From Macrostomum lignano (Eukaryota): 64,000 nt of DNA. The translations under genes were made by a program, and so were the position numbers. The notes below the pieces were generated by a model, which saw only the letters and a program-made list of their open reading frames with translations, did not search any database and was not told the origin of the DNA. This document shows positions 12,101-22,344 of the stretch, piece after piece. The stretch is taken from NCBI GenBank assembly GCA_002269645.1, contig NIVC01000067.1, forward strand, positions 372,001 to 436,000, read 5' to 3'. Each line of letters starts with the position of its first letter. Position 1 is the first letter of the stretch.

Positions 12101-13565
12101 GGGACTGCGGCATCAACGTGCACAAGCACTGCAAGGACACCGTGGTCATGGAGTGCCGGCGGCAGGCCGCGTCCGCCTCTGCCGGTCACGGCCGCTGCGC
12201 AGACAGCGGAACTTCGTCTGGTGCGGCCAGCGGAGTCCTTTGACTTTTGTTAACTGGCCTGACCGTGTCAACCGAGTGACCAGAATTAACAAATGACCAG
12301 AATCATCAGAATCACCAGAATGACCCGAGTGACCGGAATGACCTGAGTGACCAGAATGACCTGAGTGACCAGAATGACCCGAGTGACCAGAATGACCTGA
12401 GTGACCAGAATGACCTGAGTGACCAGAATGACCCGAGTGACCAGAATGACCCGAGTGACCAGAATGACCCGAGTGACCAGAATGACCCGAGTGACCGGAA
12501 TGACCTGAGTGACCAGAATGACCCGAGTGACCAGAATGAACCGAGGCCAAAATGACCCGAATGACCAGAGTGACCAGAACGACAAAAATGACAGATTTTA
12601 CAAATGATCCAAAAGACAGGTGCAGGAGCGACCTAAACGACCGAACTGATTGAACTCAAGCCACAGAAACCAGTGTGACACAAATAACCAATTATCTGAA
12701 CTGCTAGACTGCTAGCCGCTACCCAACCTCGGCCACCCCCAGCGGATGGACGAGCTGACCACCGCGGACAATATCCGAGACCTCCGCGCCTTCGTCCGGG
12801 ACTCCGGCCGGATGAGGGTCGCCGATGCCTCCACTGCGGACCTGCCGACTACTGGCGGGGACTGGGCGCACCCCCAAGGCTAATCCTTGTGCTCTTTTAC
12901 CTTGGGGTTGCGATAGGGGCCTCGCGGCCTATTCGCGGCGCCTGCGCCCCCCGTCAGTAGTAAGTAAGTAAGTAGCCGCTACCCAAGCCCACTCAACATT
13001 CAGCAGTCCTGTCTTGCACGAGGCCATCGCCCAATCTGAAGTAAGAATGAATCCTCGCTTAACGACATCCTTAGGCTGCAGCGCTCCGGTCAGCTGTTCG
13101 ACCTCGGTTTCCGGCGTTTCGACTGCGTGTTCGCAAGCTGACGGCCTGTCGGCAGCGGCCGCCGCCTCCGACAGTCAACAGCCGACGAGGCGAAGATCGA
13201 TGGCGGAGCAGGCAGTGCAGACGGAACTCACTGCCAGCGCTGCTGACGGCTGCCGCTGGCTCGGCAACGACGAAGTTGAGAAGCTGGCGCAGGTGAGGGA
13301 CCGGCTGCTGAATGAGAATAGTTTGAAATTTAAGCAACTTTGAGTCAGCTGTGTGACCCAATCCTGACCCTCTGTGACCATATCCTGCACGCAGGAGAAT
13401 GACCAACTGCGCGAGGAGACGACACAGCTGCGCCAGCAAGCTCAGAGCCAGGCCGCCAGCATTGCCAGCCTGAGATCGCAGATGTTCAGCATGCGGCAGC
13501 AGACTTTGAACTTCATCATGCGACAGATGGACGCGCTGGAGATTCAGCGGAATTCCGAAGTTTAG
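3159..13565 (+). CDS. RASGRP: Ras guanyl-releasing protein (RasGRP/CalDAG-GEF family): REM, CDC25 GEF, two EF-hands, C1 and C-terminal coiled coil; 5' exon(s) not located
   Basis: Phase-consistent exons: 3159-3259, 3354-3513 (GC donor), 3872-4003, 4690-4840, 5659-5832, 6310-6426, 7098-7195, 7627-7813, 8345-8422, 9899-10000, 10084-10199, 11928-12220 (AAG acceptor), 13075-13292, 13395-13565 (TAG). Motifs: [71 protein letters not shown]; EF loops [12 protein letters not shown] and [12 protein letters not shown]; C1 [42 protein letters not shown] with all Zn ligands present. Confidence 0.95.
3545..3810. repeat. 18-bp intronic minisatellite (GGGACTATTGGGACCTTC)
   Basis: Direct reading. Confidence 0.95.
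4850..5460. repeat. About 40-bp G/T-rich intronic minisatellite (AGCTCTGATTGGCTGGGGAGTTTTTAGTTGGGGTTGGGGTT)
   Basis: Begins at the donor (GTCTGATTGG) and reuses its TCTGATTGG. Confidence 0.93.
5900..7060. repeat. Two related degenerate arrays (about 28 bp at 5900-6270 and about 22 bp at 6520-7060) sharing TGATTAGA(C/T)ACAT
   Basis: They flank RasGRP exon 6310-6426. Confidence 0.85.
7435..7590 (-). mobile_element. Degenerate, internally deleted copy of the same SINE
   Basis: Shares GGCTGTTCAGTC, CCCATTTTACAGCTGGGTGAACTGAAG, GGGAATCGAACCCC and GCTACAACC with the copy at 31790. Confidence 0.7.
8098..8222 (+). repeat. Unclassified dispersed hairpin repeat, copy 1
   Basis: GGGTGTACAGCGGCCCTGACTTTCTTATCGTCAGGCATGTACACTCTGTGCCTTG recurs near 16330, 27905 and 28610. 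Confidence 0.7.
9165..9822. repeat. 60-bp C-rich intronic minisatellite
   Basis: GCACCTGCACCCCACAGCA...ATGGCTGACCCAA repeated 11 times. Confidence 0.95.
10250..10540. repeat. 44-bp intronic minisatellite containing TGACTCA
   Basis: GAGTGACTCAATGTAAGCGGACAGGTGCTCTGACTGATACTGAG, about 7 copies. Confidence 0.93.
11315..11845. repeat. 13-bp intronic minisatellite (TCATTAGAGAGAC)
   Basis: Direct reading. Confidence 0.95.
12285..12575. repeat. 18-bp intronic minisatellite (GAATGACCCGAGTGACCA)
   Basis: Direct reading. Confidence 0.93.
12727..12972 (+). mobile_element. 5'-truncated LINE 3' end inserted in a RasGRP intron
   Basis: 14-bp TSD TAGCCGCTACCCAA (12713-12726 and 12973-12986). Insert has an ORF tail ([28 protein letters not shown]...HPQG*), a short 3' UTR and a (TAAG)3 tail. 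Confidence 0.85.
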
Positions 13566-13696
13566 ACAGTGTGATTTTGCCGGCAGCAGTTGCGAGACAT
13601 TGAGAGAGAGAGAGAGATGCGTTCGCGCACTTTATCCGGTAGTTAGGGCTTTTAATGCTGTACATTTTTACCCTAGATTGGGAAATCAAAGGTATG

Positions 13697-13952
13697 TACA
13701 CTTTGCAGTCACGTGACTCCTTCCATACATTTCTGCCCTAGATATAATAAGCTGGTCTACTTTGCAGTCACGTGACTCCTTGCGTACACTTCTGCTCTAG
13801 ATATAATAAGCTGGTCTACTTTGCAGTCACGTGACTCCTTCCATACATTTCTGCCCTAGATATAATAAGCTGGTCTACTTTGCAGTCACGTGACTCCTTG
13901 CGTACACTTCTGCTCTAGATAGAATAAGCTGATCCACTTTGCACGTGACTCC
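13697..13952. repeat. 59-bp tandem repeat downstream of the RasGRP stop, with GTCACGTGAC in each unit
   Basis: Palindrome at 13708, 13767, 13826 and 13885; a fifth partial unit has GCACGTGAC. Confidence 0.9.
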
Positions 13953-14682
13953 TCTCGGAAGAAGTTTGTGATTGGATAAGCTGACAAAAACCACCACTGT
14001 TCCCATGATGTGACAATCAATTTCCCCTTGTTCTCTGATTGAATTTTGAAAACAATACAAAGTGACATATTTTTCTGAACATTAATAATTAACCACAAAG
14101 TAAATTTGCGTGCAACTACAAAAGCAACACAGAGGCAAAAACACAGTGCGACTTAGTAATACCGAGGTTCCATATATATTAGCTGATAGAATATCTATGA
14201 AAATGGACGCATGCGACATGACAATTCTGAACGTTTTAAAAGTACAACATCTGCACACATTGCGACCAAAGCTGAGTAATTCCATTTATAATTATTACAG
14301 ACCAGATCCAAGAGAGAAAAACTATGCATTTTATAATATGAGCTGCTCGCTCGAAAAATTCGAATTTTATCAATTATTAAAATAGAAACGAAAGTATTTG
14401 ATTTGATAAGAAACACAAAAAATTGCCGACTTATAAAACCCCATCGATGGATGGTGACGAACTGACACAACAGCGGGAACTCCTGTCCGGTAAAAGCGAA
14501 CAAAACGACCGATATTTCTATATCTCTGGCAGTGGATTTTATTATAAAGATGTGCATTTATACTGCTTTCAGTAGGCTACGAAAAAAAAATAAAGCTAAA
14601 AATAATACAAAATATTTCGTAGTTTTTTAAAATCTATGAAGAGCCACGCCAATGCGGCGTTGGATTAGCGGAGATTCGAGAC

Positions 14683-15062
14683 AGAGTGACAAGTAAGGGA
14701 GTGACAAGTAAGGGAGTGACAAGTAAGGGAGTGACAAGTAGGGAAGTGACAAGTAAGGGAGAGACAAGTAAGGGAGTGACAAGTAAGGGAGAGACAAGTA
14801 AGGGAGTGACAAGTAAGGGAGTGAGTGACAAGTAAGGGAGAGACAAGTAAGGGAGTGACAAGTAAGGGAGTGAGTGACAAGTAAGGGAGAGACAAGTAAG
14901 GGAGTGACAAGTAAGGGAGAGACAAGTAAGGGAGTGACAAGTAAGGGAGTGAGTGACAAGTAAGGGAGAGACAAGTAAGGGAGTGACAAGTAAGGGAGTG
15001 ACTAGAAATGGAGTGACAAGTAAGGGAGATACAAGTAAGGGAGTGACAAGTGGGGGAATGAC
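14683..15062. repeat. 15-bp intergenic minisatellite (GAGTGACAAGTAAGG)
   Basis: Direct reading. Confidence 0.93.
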
Positions 15063-16324
15063 AAGTAAATTGTTAAGAGGTCAGATGGTAAAACGTCAAT
15101 CCAGGGTGTGATAAGTAAAGACACGAAAAGTCAGAAGGTGAGAAGTAAGGTAGTGACAACTTGTCAACTGACTTGACAACTGACAAGTCTGCGTTGACAA
15201 GTTAAGGGGTACGAGGCCAAGACAGATTAACACCAGACCAGATTTAAATAAGGTATAACCTAAGGTAAACTCAGGTGAACCGAAAGACGAACCCGACAGG
15301 GTGACAAGACCGAGAGGACAGAGTGAAAGAGTGAAAGCAGTAGAAGGCCAGAGTGCTGGGACGGAGTGACAGGCTGCAGTGACGAAATAGTGTCCAGACA
15401 GTGCAAGAAAAATGATTAGAAGAGCAGAAATCTTCTAGGAGACAGGTCTCGGCCAGGTACTACCTCATTCACAAGCGTTCTTCTCACCCGAGGCCAGAAA
15501 GACTGTACTGGATTGTTTCCGCAGACGATATTGATTGATGCCTCACCGAGGACAAAACACAAGATCACATTGCGAAAACTGATTCATTTACAAGGCATGA
15601 CTTCGCTACGTTAGGTTTAAAGATTCAGTACCATGACAACTGACAGTGCAATTATGAAATTGTATGAATTCAATTTGCTATTAATTGACAGCTAACTTAA
15701 GAGGACACTGCACTCGCATATCGTGTCAACGGGGGTGGGGGTGGGGGTTTACAATTTATTAAATCTTTTAACAGTTCCTTAATTTGGCACAGATTCTAAA
15801 ATAACTAGATGGGCCACTCAGGCATATATACTTAGTAAAACAGCTTTCTACTTTCCGTTCAGTAGCAAAGAAGAATGCATAAGCTATTTTAAAAAAATAA
15901 AGGCAGCTGAAATGACTTTGATAAGTTTAGAAGCCCAAGCTTGCAGGCGTAAACAACTTGCTAATTGGTTCAGCTATAATGTACATTAGCCAGTCCACTG
16001 AAATGTACATGGCCGCTTTCGACTGGAATTCCGAGAAAGGCAATAAAAATTGGGCCGGGGCGAGGGGGTAGTCTGGAAAGGCGCGGTTGAAGGGTTTAAG
16101 CTGGAGGGTAAGAGCCAATAAATGAGCCTTGGCTTTAAAAATACATTAAAATGCTTCTGTTTAACTTACTACTGAACTGAAAGTAGCTTACACGCAAATG
16201 TACTGAGTGACCCATCTAGTTATTCTATTATCGGTGTTACATGTAATTGGCAAAAGTTCTACTTCTGAGCTTCCCGAATTGATGTATAATTTCAGTCAAT
16301 TTCCGCGGGGGGTTGTCCGTGCAA

Positions 16325-16510
16325 TTCACACCCATGTATGTCAACCCCAAAGGCACAGAGAGTGTACATGCCTGACGATTAGAAAGTCAGAGGGCCGCTG
16401 TACACCCTGTGTGAGCGTGTGTGTGAGTGCGTGGCTGTGTACAGTGTTGGCGCGCTTGTATGCTCTCAGGAGTCAGCGGAATGGATGGGCAGAATCCCAC
16501 AGGCCCCTCC
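16325..16510 (-). repeat. Unclassified dispersed hairpin repeat, copy 2 (longest)
   Basis: Reverse complement of the 8098 motif plus the left part also seen at 32278. Confidence 0.7.
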
Positions 16511-16627
16511 TGCTAATGTATTATTTATTAAAGCGCACGACTTGCGAGTGTAGCGTCTGTCTGCTCTTGTTTTCCATCATAAATACTCAAAGTCTGAGTC
16601 CAGCCGGGCATCCGAGGTGCAAGCTGC

Positions 16628-18622
16628 TCACTTTCCCACCCGACCGACTGAGGGCTGCTGCTGCTGCTGCTGCGGCGGCTCGATGGGTTGAAAGCCGCGC
16701 ATCTCGCTGTTAATCCGGTCCCGCTCCATCAGGTACTCGCCCTCCGAGCAGCTGCCCAGGGCCGAGCTGCGCCCGCTCTTGGCCTGGGGGAACACCGCAC
16801 GCTCGATTACTGCAAGGTTGTAGCGGGGTTCGGACACGTTCGGGATTTGGACACATTTAAGATTTGGAGACTCAGGATTCGGACACACTCTGGATTCGGA
16901 CACATCAGGATTCAGACACACTCTGGATTCGAACACACTTGGGATTCGGACACACTTGGGATTCGGACACACTCGAGATTCGGACACATTTGGATACACT
17001 CGGAATTCGGACACATTCGGGATTCGGACACACTCAGGATTCGAAAAACTCGGGATTCGGACACATTAGGATTCGGACACATTAGGATTCGGACACATTA
17101 GGATTCGGACACATTAGGATTCGGACACATTAGGATTCGGACACATTGGGATTCGGACACATCCGACATTCGGACACACTCAGGATTCGGACACACTTGG
17201 GATTCGGACACACTCGGGATTTGGACACACTCGGGATTCGGACACACTTGGGATTCGGACACACTCGGGATTCAGATAAACTCGGGATTCGGATCAACTC
17301 GGACACTCACTAGAAAGCTGGTACTGCACAGCCTGCAGGTTGTACAGGCAGGAGTGCAGGCTGTCCTGCAGCTGACTCCTGTGCTGCTGCTGCCTGTCGG
17401 GGCTGCGCTGCTGCAGCATCGGCAGATCGTCGGTGGGACTGGGCGTCCGGCTCAGATGGCGGCTGCGGCGCAGCTTAGAAAGCAGTTCGTCGGAGCAGCG
17501 GCGCAGCTTGCAGGACATCTGCAGAAGGCTCGCAGCCAGTACGGAGTCGTAAGCCGCGCCGCTGTCGGCTGCGGCGGCGGCAGCGGCGGCAGCGGAAGAG
17601 GGCGACGCGGAGGCAAGAAAAGCTGCGGAGCGGCTTCGGTGGTTACCAAGAGTGGCGGCTGAAGGTGACTGACAGCAGTGCACTGGGGAAAAGGCGGAAT
17701 GCCGGCCGGAGATCGCGTTAAAGTCCTGCGGTTGATAGGCGGGGTAAGACTGGTCAACGGAAAGACTGTGTTGCCTGCTTGCTCGAACAAGACTTAAGCA
17801 CCACTCTAGCCAACTCACTCCCCTGCCGCACCCATCCCAGTCCGACAGCTAACTCACTCCCCTGCGGCACCTATCCCAGTCCGACAGCTACCTCACTCCC
17901 CTGCCGCACCCATCCCAGTCCGACAGCTACCTCACTCCCCTGCCACACCCACCCCAGTCCGACAGCTACCTCACTCCCCTGCCGCACCCATCCCAGTCCG
18001 ACAGCCACCTCACTCCCTGCCGCACCCATCCCAGTCCGACAGCCACCTCACTCCCTGCCGCACCCATCCCAGTCCGACAGCTACCTCACTCCCCTGCCGC
18101 ACCCACACCAGTCCGACAGCCACCTCACTCCCCTGCCGCACCCACACCAGTCCGACAGCCACCTCACTCCCTGTCGGTCTCTAGGAATTTGCAAACGCGA
18201 CTTACCTCGTGCCTAGTCAGGCGGTCCAGGTCTCTGCTGAGCTCTGAGCCGGAGCCGAACCTGGTCTGGTGGGCCAGCAGCTGCCGCGCAAGCAGGTCCT
18301 CGCTAGAGGCGCCCTGCTGCTGGTAGCGCATGCTGGCCTCGTGCAGGCTTAGCGGCCTGTTGGAGCCACTGGAAACTCCGCCGAAACCCCGGGCCTCCTG
18401 AGCGTGCTGCCTCTGTTGATGCTTGCCGCGCTGAAGCAACATTAACTGCTGCTGCTGTTGCTGTTGCTGCTGCTGAGAGTAGCCGCAGGCTGCATGTCTT
18501 GAAGCCTGATTAGGCACCTGAGACGCCTTCAGAGAGTGCCGGCCGTACTCAAACCGCACCGGTTCGCTGGAGCTTCCGCCGCTGACGCTTCTCAACCGCT
18601 GTGCTTGTTGTTGTTGTTGTTG

Positions 18623-18669
<47 letters not shown>

Positions 18670-21600
18670 CGGAAGTCAGGCCTGAGGTGCTGCCCCGAAG
18701 CGTGGAGAGCCGGGACCTGATCCCGCCGCCGCGGGGAGGCGGCACAGTGTCGTAGGGATTCGCGCACTCCTCGGCGAGGGCGTCGACAACGGCGGATGGC
18801 AGCGAGCCGCGCTTCTTCCCCACTGGGTGCTGGTGCTGCAGGTGGTGCTGGTAGCCGCGGTACGTCGCTTGCGGAGAAATCGCGGCATCTTCGGAATCGT
18901 CCGACGAAATTTCGTCGTCAGCAGTGGCAGCCGACGCCGCTGAAGCGGCGGCCGCGGCAGCAGCAGCAGCAGCAGCAGCGGACTCCTCATCGTCTGCGTA
19001 AGGAATGTCGAGGGCGCTGCGGGCCAGGCGGGCCTCCATGTCGTGCAGCAGTGCCGCCGTGTCGTGCAGGAGACAGGCGGTGTCCATGCCGGCGGCCGCG
19101 GCGGCGCCCGAGCCGAAAGCGTCGTCCTGCTTGAGCCGGAAGGACACCATGCTCTGACTCATGATGGCCGCGGCTGCGGCGGCGGCGGCGGCTGACGCTG
19201 TGCTCTCTGTGCCGGACGCTGATGGCTTCGACTGAGCAATGGCGTCGGCGGCGGAGCTGGAGGAATCGGTGGCCGCCGCCTTCGACTTGGCAGCCACTGC
19301 TGCCGCTGACGTCACCGAGTGAAAATTTCTGTAGCCGAGCTCGTTCAGCTGCGAGTCTGAGGCGAGCATGCGCCTGGTGTCCTGCATTTGCTGCTGCTGT
19401 TGCCTGCTGTACTGCTGCTGCTGCTGCTCCCTGTCTTGCTGGCCACTTTTCTTCTTCTGGTCGCGTCTGGTCGACGAGTCTAAATGGCAAAATGTAGGGT
19501 GTAGGTACGCTTTTTGGTGTCTGCTGGTTTTCTAGTGTGTCTGGCTTGCCAAGATGCAAGCTTTTTTAGTATCTGTTTCGCCAAGTTTCGAGCTGGTCAA
19601 GTTTCGGGTTGGTCAAGTTTCGGGTTGGTCAAGTTTCGGGTTGGTCAAGTTTCGGGTTGGTCAAGTTTCGGGTTGGTCAAGTTTCGGGTTGGTCAAGTTT
19701 CGGGTTGGTCAAGTTTCGGGTTGGTCAAGTTTCGGGTTGGTCAAGTTTCGGGTTGGTCAAGTTTTGGGTTGGTCAAGTTTCGGGTTGGTCAAGTTTCGGG
19801 TTGGTCAAGTTTCGGGTTGGTCAAGTTTCGGGTTGGTCAAGTTTCGGGTTGGTCAAGTTTCGGGTTGGTCAAGTTTCGGGTTGGTCAAGTTTCGGGTTGG
19901 TCAAGTTTCGGGTTGGTCAAGTTTCGGGTTGGTCAAGTTTCGGGTTGGTCAAGTTTCGGGTTGGTCAAGTTTCGGGTTGGTCAAGTTTCGGGTTGGTCAA
20001 GTTTTGGGTTGGTCAAGTTTCGGGTTGGTCAAGTTTCGGGTTGGTCAAGTTTTGGGTTGGTCAAGTTTCGGGTTGGTCAAGTTTCGGGTTGGTCAAGTTT
20101 CGGGTTGGTCAAGTTTCGGGTTGGTCAAGTTTCGGGTTGGTCAAGTTTCGGGTTGGTCAAGTTTCGGGTTGGTCAAGTTTTGGGTTGGTCAAGTTTCGGG
20201 TTGGTCAAGTTTCGGGTTGGTCAAGTTTCGGGTTAGTCAAGTTTCGGGTCGGTCAAGTTTCGGGTTGGTCAAGTTTCGGGTCGGTCAAGTTTCGGGCTGG
20301 TCAAGTTTCTACTTGTCAAGCATGGAATTTGTCTAATTTTAGACTCATGTAAATGCAAAGTTCAGTAGGGGCAGATTTTCTCTGGCCTCGTGCTCTCTCT
20401 CCGAAGTGAACTAATTTTAGAAAAACCTTGGTTGAGCAGGGGAAGCGACTGAGTGCGAGGCGCAGATCTCATCCAACTCAACACCCGAGATGAAACAAAA
20501 ATCGAGAAGAAGCAGACCCATCGCTTGATGAGGCTCCCTTGCTGATCTGCTTTTTTATATAAAAAAACAGCAGCCTACTCAAGAGAAGCAGACAGTCGGG
20601 TAAGGCTATTGCTATTCTCAAAATCTTCTCAGCCCAGAACTGCTCAAATCAATTGTACTATTAATATTGAAAAAACACTGTTGTTCCCTCAATGCTCTCG
20701 CACCGTTCTGCCCCAGTACTACAGGAAGAGATGGCGACGTTGACAAGACAGGAAAGAGGACTGACTGCTGGAGCAGACACGATTGTCTGGTTGGACTGGC
20801 TGTCGGATTTGACTTTTTCCTTCTACTCTCTCTCTGGCCCTCTCTCTCTCTCTCTGTACGTGGCTCACCTGAACTGGACTTTGAGCTTCTCTGGCTCGGT
20901 TGCGACACGTTCAGATAGCCGTTGTTGCTGGCCGCAGGCTGGAATGCCATGCCGCCTGCGCCGCCACCGCCTCCGCCGTCTCCGGGACCGTCCATCACGT
21001 CTGACATCCACTTAGGACTGGTGCTGGTCTTCAGCTCGAGCTCCTGCGGTGCGACGGAGGAGGGTTTGGATTGATGAGGTTAAGAGTGTAGAGCGAGGGA
21101 GTGAGAGACTTGAGTGATGGGGGTGAGAGACTGGAGTGATGGGGGTGAGAGACTGGAGTGATGGGGGTGAGAGACTGGAGTGATGGGGGTGAGAGACTGG
21201 AGTGATGGGGTGAGAGACTGGAGTGATGGGGGTGAGAGACTGGAGTGATGTGGGTGAGAGACTGGAGTGATGGGGTGAGAGACTGGAGTGGTGGGGTGAG
21301 AGACTAAAGTGATGGGGTGAGAGACTGGAGTGATGGGGGTGAGAGACTGGAGTGATGGGGGTGAGAGACTGGAGTGATGGGGTGAGAGACTGGAGTGCTG
21401 GGGTGAGAGACTGGAGTGATGGGGTGAGAGACTGGAGTGATGGAGTGAGAGACTGGAGTGGTGGGTGAGAGACTAAGTGATGGGGTGAGAGACTGGAGTG
21501 GTGGGGTGAGAGACTGTAGTGGTGGGTTAGAGACTGGAGTGGTGGGGTGAGAGACTGTAGTGGTGGGTTAGAGACTGGAGTGGTGGGGTGAGAGACTGTA

Positions 21601-22171
21601 GTGGTGGGTTAGAGACTGGAGTGGTGGGGTGAGAGACTGGATGGGGTGAGAGACTTGGGTGACGGAGTGAGATACTGGAGTGAGAGCAAACGGGCCGTCA
21701 GGGCAGTGTAATTTTCGGTCTGAATGCTTGCTCAGGTTGCTGAGGCCAAACGGTTATTCGCAACAGACCGAGCAGCTGGAGTTTGTCGATATTTCATCAA
21801 AACACGGCCGCCCGCCGCCCCCCCCCCCGAGTCCCGAGCCAAAGAGAATTGCCGGGGGGGGCGAGTGGCGCCATCTGCCCGCTTGGCCGCCCCTCCCTGC
21901 CGGGGCATCGGATGGCCTGCCTGAGTCTGGGCGGTACGTGAGGCGAGTGACTTGAGCAGAGAGAGGCGGAGAGTGACTTGAGCAGAGCAGGGCGGCGCAC
22001 ACGATAAGGACAAATTAAGTTGGCAGAAATTGGGACAAAAACGGCTTGGGAAAAAGCTGGCTGGCTAAGTAAGCCTTCTGTATCCCAAAAATCGGTCACA
22101 TCTCTGGCATGGAAGCTGAGCTGTAAGAAAAACTAACAGATGAAGAACTAGAAATTAGCAGACTGACAGAC

Positions 22172-22262
<91 letters not shown>

Positions 22263-22263
22263 C

Positions 22264-22344
<81 letters not shown>

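Noticed and set aside
16355-16400. Minimal hammerhead ribozyme in the dispersed repeat (CTGACGA-TTA-GAAA)
   Set aside because: There is no stem II, no stem III with a UH cleavage triplet in type I or type III topology, and the core is broken in the 27990 copy while the simple hairpin is kept.
16577-16630. Stop-codon readthrough or selenocysteine at the CEP170-like TGA (the frame continues AACTSDARLDSDFEYL*)
   Set aside because: Sixteen sense codons after a stop occur by chance about half the time, the context is TGA-G rather than TGA-CTAG, and no SECIS was recognised.
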